DNA of 64,000 nt from contig CBDFJR010000005.1 of NCBI GenBank assembly GCA_965248535.1, forward strand, positions 64,001 through 128,000. Reading direction: 5' to 3'. Position 1 is the first letter of the stretch. Every line of letters starts with the position of its first letter. Below the pieces are notes generated by a model that saw only the letters and a list, made by a program, of their open reading frames with translations, was not told where the DNA came from and searched no databases. Below are positions 18,974 through 29,313 of the stretch, piece after piece. This stretch comes from Phormidesmis sp. GTDB lineage: Bacteria > Cyanobacteriota > Cyanobacteriia > Leptolyngbyales > Leptolyngbyaceae. The translations under genes were made by a program, and so were the position numbers.

Positions 18974-20980
18974 ATGGTCGTTGCAGCCCAGTCACTCGAA
19001 GAACTTTGTATTAACGCGATCCGCTTTTTGGCGATCGATGGGGTTGAAAAAGCAAAATCAGGCCACCCTGGCTTGCCGATGGGGGCGGCTCCGATGTCAT
19101 TTGTCCTCTGGGACAAGTTCATGCAGTTCAACCCTAAAAATCCCTTTTGGTATAACCGCGATCGCTTTGTTTTGTCAGCGGGTCACGGCTCAATGCTGCA
19201 ATATGCCCTGCTCTATTTGACGGGCTACGATAGCGTCAGCTTAGATGACATTAAGCAGTTTCGGCAGTGGGGATCAAAGACTCCGGGGCACCCTGAAAAC
19301 TTTGAAACAGCCGGGGTTGAGGTCACAACTGGCCCGCTCGGTCAGGGGATTTGCAACGGCGTTGGGCTAGCGATGGCAGAGGCGCACATGGCAGCGACCT
19401 TTAACAAACCTGATGCGACGATCGTCGATCACCACACCTACGTGATTTTGGGCGACGGCTGCAACATGGAAGGCGTTTCGGGTGAAGCCTGCTCTCTGGC
19501 GGGTCACCTAGGGTTGGGCAAACTGATCGCCCTCTATGACGATAACCACATTTCTATTGATGGTGATACGGCGGTTTCCTTTACCGAAGATGTGGGCAAG
19601 CGCTTTGAAGCCTACGGCTGGCACGTTCAGGCGGTGCCCGATGGCGACACCAATTTAGAGGCGATTCAAGCGGCGATCGAGGCTGCCAAAGCCGTCACCG
19701 ACAAGCCTTCTCTAATCAAAGTGAGAACCACGATCGGCTACGGGTCTCCTAACAAGCAAAACACAGCAGGCGTTCACGGCGCAGCTTTGGGAGGCGATGA
19801 AGTCACCGCAACTCGTCAAAACCTGGGCTGGAACTATGGCCCGTTTGAAGTGCCTGAAGACGCGTTGAACCACTGGCGCAAAGCGATCGATCGCGGTGCA
19901 AAAGTCGAATCAGATTGGAACACCACCCTCGCTGCCTACAAGTCAAAATATCCCGCAGAAGCGGCTGAGTTTGAGCGTCGTCTGAGCGGCAAACTCCCCG
20001 AAGGCTGGGTGAGTTCGCTACCCACCTACACCCCCGCAGACAAAGCCCTAGCGACTCGTCAAACCTCTGAGAAGACGTTGAATGCCTTAGCTCAAGCGAT
20101 TCCTGAACTGATTGGCGGGTCGGCTGACTTGACCCACTCTAACTTGACCTTGCTCAAAGGCTTCGCTGACTTCCAGAAGGGCAGCTATGCAGGTCGCAAC
20201 CTGAGATTTGGAGTCCGTGAGCACGGCATGGGCGCGATTTGCAACGGCATTGCTCTATCGGGTTCGGGTTTGATCCCCTATTGCGCGACGTTCTTGGTGT
20301 TTGCAGACTATATGCGGGCGGCGATTCGTCTGTCTGCTTTGTCGCAAGCGGGTGTGATTTATGTCATGACTCATGACTCGATCGCCCTAGGTGAAGATGG
20401 CCCAACTCACCAACCCGTCGAAACGATCGCCTCTCTGCGCGCCATCCCCAACCTGTTGGTCTTCCGCCCAGCCGATGGCAACGAGACCTCTGGGGCTTAT
20501 AAGATCGCGATCGAGCGTCGCAAGCAGCCCTCCCTATTAGCAATGACTCGTCAAGCGCTGCCTAACCTAGACGGAAGCTCGTTTGAAGGTGTGGCTCGTG
20601 GAGCTTACATCTTGTCGGGGAGCGATGACCTGCCCGAAATCATTCTGATCGGCACCGGAAGTGAAGTCAGTCTTTGCGTCCAAGCTGCCGAAAAGCTGCG
20701 GGCTGACGGTCATAAAGTTCGCGTGGTTTCCATGCCCTGTTGGGAACTGTTTGAAGAGCAAGACGAGCACTATAAAAACGCCGTGTTGCCCAAAGCCGAT
20801 CAAAAACGTCTCGTGGTCGAAGCGGCTTCAAGCTTCGGCTGGCACAAATATTCAGGCAGCCAGGGCGCGATCGTCAGCATCGATCGCTTTGGAGTCTCTT
20901 CACCTGGCAACATCGCTATGGAAAAGTTTGGCTTCACCGTCGATAACGTGGTTGCTGAGGCCAAGAAAGTTCTCGGCTAA
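18974..20980 (+). CDS. tkt: Transketolase
   Basis: [55 protein letters not shown]. Confidence 0.98.
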   Translation: MVVAAQSLEELCINAIRFLAIDGVEKAKSGHPGLPMGAAPMSFVLWDKFMQFNPKNPFWYNRDRFVLSAGHGSMLQYALLYLTGYDSVSLDDIKQFRQWGSKTPGHPENFETAGVEVTTGPLGQGICNGVGLAMAEAHMAATFNKPDATIVDHHTYVILGDGCNMEGVSGEACSLAGHLGLGKLIALYDDNHISIDGDTAVSFTEDVGKRFEAYGWHVQAVPDGDTNLEAIQAAIEAAKAVTDKPSLIKVRTTIGYGSPNKQNTAGVHGAALGGDEVTATRQNLGWNYGPFEVPEDALNHWRKAIDRGAKVESDWNTTLAAYKSKYPAEAAEFERRLSGKLPEGWVSSLPTYTPADKALATRQTSEKTLNALAQAIPELIGGSADLTHSNLTLLKGFADFQKGSYAGRNLRFGVREHGMGAICNGIALSGSGLIPYCATFLVFADYMRAAIRLSALSQAGVIYVMTHDSIALGEDGPTHQPVETIASLRAIPNLLVFRPADGNETSGAYKIAIERRKQPSLLAMTRQALPNLDGSSFEGVARGAYILSGSDDLPEIILIGTGSEVSLCVQAAEKLRADGHKVRVVSMPCWELFEEQDEHYKNAVLPKADQKRLVVEAASSFGWHKYSGSQGAIVSIDRFGVSSPGNIAMEKFGFTVDNVVAEAKKVLG

Positions 20981-21012
20981 TCAATGACTGTGATCTTTGA
21001 GTGATCTGAAAT

Positions 21013-21036
21013 GGCTCCCCCAGAGGAGCCTTTTTT
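21013..21036 (+). terminator. Rho-independent terminator after tkt
   Basis: GGCTCC-CCCAGA-GGAGCC followed by T6. Confidence 0.75.
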
Positions 21037-21116
21037 AATGGTTGCTGGGGGCGAAGCTGATGATTCACTGCGAAAACTTGGGCACCCTTTGCATACCACG
21101 ATCCCCGTCAGACTTT

Positions 21117-23009
21117 ATGCAACAACCTTCTTCTGAGCCAATCTATATTCTGGGTGCTGGCCCCGCAGGGCTAGCGGCGGCCTACACCCTAACTCAACAA
21201 GGGCAGTCAGTGGTCGTGGTCGAACGGGAAGACCGAGTCGGAGGACTGGCCAAAAGCATCGAGCATCAGGGCTTTATTTTGGATTATGGGCCTCATCGTT
21301 TCTATACCAAACTGGCTCCCGTTCTCAAACTGTGGGATCAAGTGCTGGGCAGTGAGCAAGTCACGGTGCCCCGGCTAACTCGGATCTACTATGGCAAAAA
21401 ATATTTTAACTACCCGATCAAAGCCGTTGAGACGCTTTCAGCTTTAGGCATTATTGAGAGTCTTCGCATTGTCGCCTCCTATGTGCAATCTCGACTGTTT
21501 CCCACGGCTCATCCCAAAAACTTTTCTGAGTGGGTCAGCGATCGCTTTGGCAGACGACTGTTTGAAATCTTCTTTGAGGCCTATACCGAAAAGCTGTGGG
21601 GCATTCCCTGCACCGAGATTAGCGCTGACTGGGCTGCCCAGCGCATCAAAGGACTGTCCTTGCTCAAAGCAATTCGCAATGCGCTGTTTGGCAACGATGG
21701 CAAGGTCAAAACCCTGATTGATCAGTTTCAGTTTCCGCGCCTTGGCTCAGGGCAGCTTTATGACAAAATTGAGGAGTCTCTAAACGACCATCATCAGCCT
21801 GTCTTGCTCAACACAGAAGTCATTCAACTTCATCACGATGGGCAACGCGCCACGCACCTGACGCTAAAAAACCGCGAAACGGGCGAAGAGTCCACTGTGT
21901 CCTGTGGTGGGGTGATTTCGTCGGTGCCGATTAACTTGCTGTTGGGGCAAATCATCACGCCGCCGCCTCAAGAGGAGGTTGTTTCCCAGGCGCGATCGCT
22001 CAAATTTCGCAACACGGTTTTGGTCTATCTGATGGTGGAGGGCAGCGATCTGTTTCCTGACAACTGGCTCTATATCAATGAGCCATCGGTGCAGGTCGGG
22101 CGAGTGACTAACTTTGCCAACTGGTCGCCCGATATGTTGCCCAATTCTCACCAAACCCCGCTGTGCTGTGAATATTGGTGTAACTTTGATGACCCAATGT
22201 GGCAGCAGTCAGAAGCCGAACTTATTCAACTTGCCGAACAAGAACTGCGCTCGATCGGGCTGCTGCGGCACGAAACCGTTTCAGGAGGCTTTATTGTGCG
22301 GTTGCCGCGCACCTACCCCATCTACACCGGAGACTATCAGGTGGCGCTGGCAGAGATTCAGTCTTATCTGGGACAGTTTGAGAATGTGCAGCTTGTCGGG
22401 CGCTATGGCGCATTCAAATATAACAATCAAGATCACAGTTTATTAATGGGAATTTTGGCAGCCGAAAACGTGCTGACCCCCAAGAAACATAACTTATGGG
22501 CGGTCAATTCTGACAGTGAGTATGTTGAAGAAGCTCAGGCAGATGTCGTCACCTCTGCTGCTAAATCTCTGCGCCCCTCTAAGCGTCGTCACGTAATGCA
22601 GACTGCAAAACAGTTTGGTGGATATTTGTTGACGGGGGGAGCGGCTACGATCGTAGACGTAGCTCTTTTCTCGCTCTTGACCCAGGCTCACCTCTGGTAT
22701 GTTTGGGCGCTCTGTGTCAGCTATGGTTTGGGGTTAACTACCAACTTCTTTTTAAGTCGGCGGTTTGTGTTTGGCGTATATTGGCGCAACTGGAAGCTGC
22801 AATATGCTGTGTTTACGGCAGTTGCGATGAACAGTTTGTTGGCAAATTTGGGATTGCTTCAGCTATTGGTCAATGATTTACATTGGAATGCAACCACAGC
22901 GCGGCTCACCAGTGCGGGTTGTGTAGCATTGTTGAGCTATGTGGGGCATCGCTTATATTCGTTTGGTCAAGCGCAGTCAACAGAAGTGGCCCGATCGTTT
23001 GCTCGCTAG
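21117..23009 (+). CDS. FAD-dependent oxidoreductase (UDP-Galp mutase/HemY-like fold) fused to C-terminal GtrA flippase domain
   Basis: ILGAGPAGL, VGGL, DYGPHRF, YTEKLWG, GRYGAFKYNNQDHS; C-terminal four-helix GtrA pattern (GGAATIVD...NFFLSRRFVF...SYVGHRLYSF). Confidence 0.85.
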   Translation: MQQPSSEPIYILGAGPAGLAAAYTLTQQGQSVVVVEREDRVGGLAKSIEHQGFILDYGPHRFYTKLAPVLKLWDQVLGSEQVTVPRLTRIYYGKKYFNYPIKAVETLSALGIIESLRIVASYVQSRLFPTAHPKNFSEWVSDRFGRRLFEIFFEAYTEKLWGIPCTEISADWAAQRIKGLSLLKAIRNALFGNDGKVKTLIDQFQFPRLGSGQLYDKIEESLNDHHQPVLLNTEVIQLHHDGQRATHLTLKNRETGEESTVSCGGVISSVPINLLLGQIITPPPQEEVVSQARSLKFRNTVLVYLMVEGSDLFPDNWLYINEPSVQVGRVTNFANWSPDMLPNSHQTPLCCEYWCNFDDPMWQQSEAELIQLAEQELRSIGLLRHETVSGGFIVRLPRTYPIYTGDYQVALAEIQSYLGQFENVQLVGRYGAFKYNNQDHSLLMGILAAENVLTPKKHNLWAVNSDSEYVEEAQADVVTSAAKSLRPSKRRHVMQTAKQFGGYLLTGGAATIVDVALFSLLTQAHLWYVWALCVSYGLGLTTNFFLSRRFVFGVYWRNWKLQYAVFTAVAMNSLLANLGLLQLLVNDLHWNATTARLTSAGCVALLSYVGHRLYSFGQAQSTEVARSFAR

Positions 23010-23035
23010 ATATCATTTTTAGCGAATCGATAGCT

Positions 23036-23081
23036 AAACTGCCTTTACCCAGCCTCTTTTAAGGTAGGTGGGCAGTTTTTT
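23036..23081 (+). terminator. Terminator-like hairpin between the oxidoreductase-GtrA gene and the GT-C genes
   Basis: AAACTGCC...GGCAGTTT followed by a T-run. Confidence 0.5.
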
Positions 23082-23114
23082 AGTTTCATATTTGAGTGAA
23101 TTAGCCCCCATTTC

Positions 23115-25379
23115 ATGCCTATGAATCTTAAACGTTGGATCAATCCGCGCTCTTTAGCCTTTGAGTGCTGGCTAATATTTTTAGTTTGTGTCGCCATCTA
23201 TTTAGCAAATGGTAGAACGATTAGCAATCGGGATACATTTCCTAATACGATGCTAGCTTTTAATTGGATTTTTAATCATCAGCTTAATTTTGATGTTTTT
23301 CGAGAAAGCTATCTTTTCAATCGACCCGTTTGGTTTTTTGCCGAGTCCTTTAACGGTCATTTAACCTCTGTTTACCCGATCGGGGTCGCGATCGTAGCGT
23401 TCCCGTTCTATTTGATATTTTCTGGAGTTGTCTGGCTCAACAGTGTCACCCACGACAGTCTTTTGCATATAGGCACTGTCTCGTTGGATATCACTAGAGG
23501 AATTTTTGAGCCTGCTCGACTGCTGTTTGAGAAGTTTGCGGCAACTTTGATCACCGCGATCGCCGTCGTGATCTTCTATCTGGCTACGAATCTTAAATTC
23601 AATAAGTCTATCTGCATAATTCTCACCTTTACTTATGCCTTTGCGACTCAAACTTGGGTGACAGCCTCTCAAGGTTTGTGGCAACAAACGGGTGCAAATC
23701 TGGTGATCTGTAGCACTATTTTGTGTCTGCTAAAAGCAAACCGAACTCAAGGTAAAAACCAAAAAATTCTCTTATTGTTAGCCGGAATCTGTTGTGGCTT
23801 ACTGATCAGCATTCGTCCAACAGACATATTAGTTACGATCGCTCTCATTATTTACAGTCTATTAACCTATCGCCGCGAGTCTATTTTTCTATTTTTGGGT
23901 TTATCTTCAGTCTTAGTCAGTGTTAGCTGGAACTTCTATTATTTCAGCACATTTTTGCTAGGAGGATACTCTAACCAGACTAGTCTCTATTCATTTACGT
24001 TTGAGCAGTTTTTAAAGTCATTTCTAGGCATTCTAGTCAGTCCGAGTCGTGGCTTCTTTATTTTTTCGCCTGTGATGCTGTTTGCAATTCCTGGAGCATT
24101 TCAGGTGTTTAAGTTGCGTTCAGGTCGAGATGAGCGGCTTTTGCTGTGTCTAACGATCGCGAGTGTTGCTCTATTTCTAAACTACTGCTTTTTCACAGTC
24201 TGGTGGGGAGGCTGGACAGTTGGTTCTAGATTTATGGTTGACACTTTATCAGTGTTTTGTTTCTTAATGGGTTATCCATTAATGACTCATATTAAAAAAG
24301 TTTCAGAAGGGAGAAAAAGACTGTTTAACAGCAGTTTTGTTTGTTTTTTAACACTGATCTTGATCTCAACGTCGGTCGAAATTTCGAGTGCATTCACCGT
24401 ATCATCAGGAAATTACAATTGGGATACTGTTCCGGCAGTAATTGATACGAAGTCTAGTGTAGGAATGGGTAGGCTCTGGAGTTTTAGAGATAGCCCGATC
24501 GAGCGTAGTACAAGAAGCTTACTCTATAAATTCAAGCAAGATTCTGCGGTTTCTCCAGCTTATATTCAAGGGCTAGATGGCAAGATTAAACAAGTGCGTC
24601 TTGTAGATAAATCCTCTCCGTTAACCAAATTAGCGGGTGCCTCTGGTGCCTCTGAATTAGTGCAAGTAGATTTGCAAAATACAGGGACTTCTCAATGGAT
24701 AAATTATGCAGAGGGAGGCGGATCTGGGTCTATATTTGTGAGGATTCGTTTTTACGACGCAACCGGAAATATGGACAAACAAGGGCAATTGTTTGTTTTA
24801 GAATCGCCTCAAGCAGGGGAGCAAGCGACAGCGATCGGGTATATCAACTTTCCGATTAATTTAGGAACTTATCGCTTAGTGTTGGATTTAGTCAGTGAGA
24901 AACAGTTTCCTCAAGACTCAGATCATGTCTATGAATTACCTGTCGAGGTTAATTCAAATCAGCAAATTTTTTCTCAAGCATTTAGTGATATCAAAATGCC
25001 AAAAGAAATTGTGGCTGGAAAAACGTTTAAACTGTTTACGATCGCTGAAAGCCACAGCAACTTCACTTGGGCAACAAACTTTAAGGCTGCTGTTACTAAA
25101 ACCTTAAATCCGGTCGTGTTTTCCTATCGCTGGCTCACTCCACAAGGCAGGGTTGAAGTGGCTGAAGGAGAAAAAACTTCAATTCCCTGGAACGTCTTTT
25201 ATAATCGTAATTCTTTCTATGATATTTGTAATAGCATTGGCATTAGTGCCAGCATCAAAGTGCCCGATCGTCCGGGGGACTACATTCTTCGTTTAACAAT
25301 GGTGCAAGAAGGAGTCGGCTGGTTTGATGAAAAAGGCGCGAAACCGAAAGACATTCCAGTCACCGTAACTCAGAGTTAG
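23115..25379 (+). CDS. Polytopic membrane protein, probable GT-C glycosyltransferase, with two C-terminal Ig-like domains
   Basis: About 12 hydrophobic segments, SQGLWQQ, IRP, SPSRG, WWGGWTVGSRF; repeated periplasmic module ending GTYRLVLDLVSE / GDYILRLTMVQEGVGWF. Confidence 0.65.
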   Translation: MPMNLKRWINPRSLAFECWLIFLVCVAIYLANGRTISNRDTFPNTMLAFNWIFNHQLNFDVFRESYLFNRPVWFFAESFNGHLTSVYPIGVAIVAFPFYLIFSGVVWLNSVTHDSLLHIGTVSLDITRGIFEPARLLFEKFAATLITAIAVVIFYLATNLKFNKSICIILTFTYAFATQTWVTASQGLWQQTGANLVICSTILCLLKANRTQGKNQKILLLLAGICCGLLISIRPTDILVTIALIIYSLLTYRRESIFLFLGLSSVLVSVSWNFYYFSTFLLGGYSNQTSLYSFTFEQFLKSFLGILVSPSRGFFIFSPVMLFAIPGAFQVFKLRSGRDERLLLCLTIASVALFLNYCFFTVWWGGWTVGSRFMVDTLSVFCFLMGYPLMTHIKKVSEGRKRLFNSSFVCFLTLILISTSVEISSAFTVSSGNYNWDTVPAVIDTKSSVGMGRLWSFRDSPIERSTRSLLYKFKQDSAVSPAYIQGLDGKIKQVRLVDKSSPLTKLAGASGASELVQVDLQNTGTSQWINYAEGGGSGSIFVRIRFYDATGNMDKQGQLFVLESPQAGEQATAIGYINFPINLGTYRLVLDLVSEKQFPQDSDHVYELPVEVNSNQQIFSQAFSDIKMPKEIVAGKTFKLFTIAESHSNFTWATNFKAAVTKTLNPVVFSYRWLTPQGRVEVAEGEKTSIPWNVFYNRNSFYDICNSIGISASIKVPDRPGDYILRLTMVQEGVGWFDEKGAKPKDIPVTVTQS

Positions 25380-25390
25380 CCCATTGACCT

Positions 25391-27307
25391 ATGGCGATCG
25401 TTCTAATTTTTGCTTCATTCCTATCAGCGATCGCAGCTTTTTACTGCAAAGAAAATTCGTTCAGACTAGCGTTTATTAAGGCATGTATCGTTCACGGCTG
25501 TCTGATTGTTTTTTCAACAGAGCTTTTGAGCTTGACGCGATCGCTAGATTTTACTCATGTCGCTTCTTTTTGGTTGATAGCTTGTTTAATCAATTTCTCA
25601 CTTTTTTGGCAATGCAACAAAAGATTATCAATTAGTAAATATTTTAGGTTTAAGTTAAGGCTTGAAGCGCTCGATCGTCCAAGTCAAATATCAATTACTG
25701 CCACTCTAGTTGTGCTGTTGATTAGTCTAATAACGGCCTTAATTGCGCCGCCCAACAATTGGGATTCGATGACTTATCATCTGCCTCGTGTAATGCACTG
25801 GATTCAAAATCGAACGGTTGCTCATTATCAAACTCACAACTTACGTCAAATTTCATTTCTTCCGGGTGCCGCTTATATTGTGACTCATTTGCAGATTTTA
25901 GCGGGTAGCGATCGCTTCGCAAATTGTGTGCAATGGCTCTCATTGGTTGGAAGCATTTTTGGCGTTTCGCTCATCACTAAGAAGCTAGTTGGAGAGCAAG
26001 CCCAGTGGATTAGTTTATTGCTTTGTGCCAGCATTCCAATGGCGATCGCTCAGTCAACAACCACTCAGATAGATCTAGTAACGAGTTTTTGGCTCGTTTG
26101 TTTTGTCTATTTTCTGTTTGCGGTTCCCAGCTTTCAATCAAATCTTTTTTGGATTATTAGTTCGCTTGGCTTGGCTTTAGTCACCAAGCCCACAGCAAGT
26201 ATTTTTGGGATTCCTTTATTTTTAATGCTTGGAACTCTCGTCTTTAGAAAGAGTTTCTTACGAAATCGCAGTATTGTTAGATCTCTCTTTAGTGTAGTTA
26301 TTTATAGCTCGATCGTAGGATTTTTTAGCCTAACGTTTCCGATTTGGAACTGGTACAGAAATGCTCAAACATTGAGTCAATTTCTGGGAATTGATACAGG
26401 CACTAGAAGTGAAATGCATAGCATCTCTGCGCTAGTGTCGGTTTTTTTAAAAAATCTATCACTCAATTTAATTTTGCCTGACTTTAGATCAATCATTGCA
26501 TGGACTCATAAATATTTTCTGAAGATTGATATCAATCATCCCGCTTTGACATTTGGTGATCCTGTAATTGCTTTTAATAGTGAAAAGACTGCGCCTCTCA
26601 ATCTGCTCTTCTCGATGGAAGACACGGTAGCGAACCCAATTCACCTAGTTTTAGGAGTCTTAGCCGTCGCTTATTTATGGATTTCCTACTTTCGTAAACC
26701 CGATCAAAAATTAAGAGGATTACTGCTTTTGTCAGGTGCGATCGCTCTAAGCTATTTACTATACTGCTATCTATTAAAATGGCAACCTTGGGGAAATCGA
26801 TTGATTCTTCCTTTGTTTATATTGCAAACTCCAATTATTAGCTATTACCTAGCAACTTGTCTCAAGAAAAGACACAATCTATCTGTCAAACTAACGAGCC
26901 TGATTGGAGTAGTAGCGGTTTTATATACCTTAACTCCTATTCGACATCCGCTCGTTTCTTTGCCGCACTGGTCACCCTATTTAGAATCTCAACAATCTGA
27001 GTCAATTCTGTTTCTGCCTCGTCAACAAATTTATTTTAGTGGCTCTCTTAAATATTTAGAAATTACCTATCAAAAAATTGTCAACACAGTGATCGATCAA
27101 GGGCAATGTCACACGATCGGGCTGATTTCTGAAGAAGACGACTGGGAATATCCACTCTGGGTTCTGTTCAATGCAAAAACATCAGGAAATTTTCGTCTCA
27201 AGCACGTAAACGTCAAAAATCAGTCTGCCAAGTTAGCACCAGAATTCTCTGACTCTGAGCTTTGTGCGATCGTCTCAACTAAGGGAGCGGTGCAGCTAAT
27301 TCATTAA
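25391..27307 (+). CDS. GT39/ArnT-like membrane glycosyltransferase
   Basis: PPNNWDSMTYHLPRVMHWIQN, QSTTTQID, TKPT, KWQPWGNR, WEYPLW; many TM helices. Confidence 0.75.
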   Translation: MAIVLIFASFLSAIAAFYCKENSFRLAFIKACIVHGCLIVFSTELLSLTRSLDFTHVASFWLIACLINFSLFWQCNKRLSISKYFRFKLRLEALDRPSQISITATLVVLLISLITALIAPPNNWDSMTYHLPRVMHWIQNRTVAHYQTHNLRQISFLPGAAYIVTHLQILAGSDRFANCVQWLSLVGSIFGVSLITKKLVGEQAQWISLLLCASIPMAIAQSTTTQIDLVTSFWLVCFVYFLFAVPSFQSNLFWIISSLGLALVTKPTASIFGIPLFLMLGTLVFRKSFLRNRSIVRSLFSVVIYSSIVGFFSLTFPIWNWYRNAQTLSQFLGIDTGTRSEMHSISALVSVFLKNLSLNLILPDFRSIIAWTHKYFLKIDINHPALTFGDPVIAFNSEKTAPLNLLFSMEDTVANPIHLVLGVLAVAYLWISYFRKPDQKLRGLLLLSGAIALSYLLYCYLLKWQPWGNRLILPLFILQTPIISYYLATCLKKRHNLSVKLTSLIGVVAVLYTLTPIRHPLVSLPHWSPYLESQQSESILFLPRQQIYFSGSLKYLEITYQKIVNTVIDQGQCHTIGLISEEDDWEYPLWVLFNAKTSGNFRLKHVNVKNQSAKLAPEFSDSELCAIVSTKGAVQLIH

Positions 27308-27341
27308 CAACCATTAAATAAACTGTCTACATTAGTACTGT

Positions 27342-27869
27342 TTGATATACGATACTAAAAACATAAATACTCTAGATACTGATCTTGTGAAGCCAATCAA
27401 CGCCAATTCTCCTATAAACTCAGCGCCTCAACTGGATGCAAAAAGTGCCGCAAAAGAGCCATTCATGCCGATGCTGCGAGAGCTAGCACAAACCTATCAA
27501 GCATTTTGTGCCTACGATGAAGCCCACATTCGCGAGTTGGGGTTAACGCCTCCCCAGTTCGATGTGATCGCCACCCTCGGCAACACGCCGGGAATGTTTA
27601 TGAATCAACTAGCCGAAAAAACGCTGGTCACCAAAGGCACCTTAACCGGAATCATCGATCGCCTAGAGCAAAAAGGGTTAGTCAGACGCGAAGTGCCGCC
27701 TAAAAACCGTCGATGTTTCTTAATCGTCTTAACATCCGAAGGTGAGCAGCTATTTGAAACCGTGTTTCCTGCCCACATTGCTTACTTAAAACAGCGATTT
27801 GATCACCTGGATACGCAAGAACTATCTCAAATCAAATCGGCTCTGCAACGATTGCGAGAAATTCTCTAG
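27342..27869 (+). CDS. MarR-family transcriptional regulator
   Basis: GLTPPQFDVI...TKGTLTGIIDRLEQKGLVRR...LTSEG. True start is probably downstream (27387 or 27464). Confidence 0.9.
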   Translation: MIYDTKNINTLDTDLVKPINANSPINSAPQLDAKSAAKEPFMPMLRELAQTYQAFCAYDEAHIRELGLTPPQFDVIATLGNTPGMFMNQLAEKTLVTKGTLTGIIDRLEQKGLVRREVPPKNRRCFLIVLTSEGEQLFETVFPAHIAYLKQRFDHLDTQELSQIKSALQRLREIL

Positions 27870-27981
27870 CCGATCGTCAACGAGCAGAATTATTAACAAC
27901 GAGATTACTCAAAATCTGTCTAGGAGTCCGATCTACCGCTACAGTAAAAACGTATCTTGACCCAACGATCGGAGATAAACC

Positions 27982-29313
27982 GTGGACTCAATTTTAGAGC
28001 GGGCAAATGAGTTAAAGCAGGCATTGACAGATTTTGTCTTAGACGCTGAGGGAGACTTGGCGACGGCTCTAGAAACCTACACCGCCGAACAACTGGCACG
28101 ATCGCAGACAAAAGACCGCAAACAGCAAGATCTAGCCGTCGATGCTTTTTTGAGTGCCGGGCAGGTGGGCGATAAAACGCCAATTGACTTATTTATTGAG
28201 AGCGAATCGGGGCTATCTGAGCACGATCGCCACCTTCTCTCAAATTGGAAACGCGCCTTCACCGGACTGTTTGCGATTCAGCAAATTTTGCCAGACGGGT
28301 TTGAGTTAATGAATTGGCTAACAACCAAAATCTACATCGTCAAGCCCAATCATTTAGCAACGCTAGAAGAAATGGCGCGACTAAAAGTAGGAGAAATCTT
28401 GCTAACGCGAATCGCACCCGTTGATGATTACTGGACTTTCTTTAGCCCCTATATTCAGATGGGCAACTTAGGAAAGCCAAAACTAGCAGTCGCGATCGGG
28501 AACTTTAAACAGAATCACAAATCAGATTTGTATGGCGACGCGCCAGAGTTGCTCGAAGAAGCCTGGAAATCAGTCGATCGCTACCATCAAGACTTTCTAG
28601 ACTTTTTTGGCAGCGACGAAATCACGCTTCCTGGCTATCAACTCAGCAAAAAAATTCCTGAATTTCAAGAATTTCTCACCCAACGCCGTCTCGATGAAGC
28701 CGGAATCGACGGGTCTAAATCCCTATCCGAAATGGCTCAAGACGCGGGCATGAGCGACGAAGAACTAGGAGACGTTGCCGAGGCCATGGGCATGGATGCT
28801 CAATCCGCGACAAAGCTGCTTAAAACCAAAGATGCCGTCAAAATGGCAGCCCCGCAAATCGATATTCCGTCTGACCTCAAGAAAGCCGAGCAGGTAACAG
28901 TCCTAGCCCACCCGCGTTGGGGACAGATGTTTTTGACCACCCAGACTCAATTCATCACGCTGCTGCAAACCGACGACTGGAAAAGCGTCAAAGGGGCAGA
29001 CAAACTAATTCGCAACTATCTAGAATCGCCAGAAATCAACGCCTTTGTTTGGCATCGGTTAGCCCAGCAATATCCCATTCAGCTAGAAAAAGTCTTGCAA
29101 GGATTTTTGCAGCGCCCTGAGTTTAAGTTGAAGGCTGATCTAGACTCACTGCTACGATCGCACCACAAACCCCTAGAACCAGAACTGCCTGAAATTGCCA
29201 GTGTGCCCACTCACCTGCACGATCTGTTTCAAGCAGCTTTGGCAGACGTGACAAAATCGCAGCCCAAAACCAAGGGCGACAAGAAAGACACCAAAGGATT
29301 TCAGCGAGCTTGA
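27982..29313 (+). CDS. Hypothetical protein
   Basis: 443-aa ORF with GGAG RBS and host-like codon usage; no recognised motif. Confidence 0.75.
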   Translation: MDSILERANELKQALTDFVLDAEGDLATALETYTAEQLARSQTKDRKQQDLAVDAFLSAGQVGDKTPIDLFIESESGLSEHDRHLLSNWKRAFTGLFAIQQILPDGFELMNWLTTKIYIVKPNHLATLEEMARLKVGEILLTRIAPVDDYWTFFSPYIQMGNLGKPKLAVAIGNFKQNHKSDLYGDAPELLEEAWKSVDRYHQDFLDFFGSDEITLPGYQLSKKIPEFQEFLTQRRLDEAGIDGSKSLSEMAQDAGMSDEELGDVAEAMGMDAQSATKLLKTKDAVKMAAPQIDIPSDLKKAEQVTVLAHPRWGQMFLTTQTQFITLLQTDDWKSVKGADKLIRNYLESPEINAFVWHRLAQQYPIQLEKVLQGFLQRPEFKLKADLDSLLRSHHKPLEPELPEIASVPTHLHDLFQAALADVTKSQPKTKGDKKDTKGFQRA

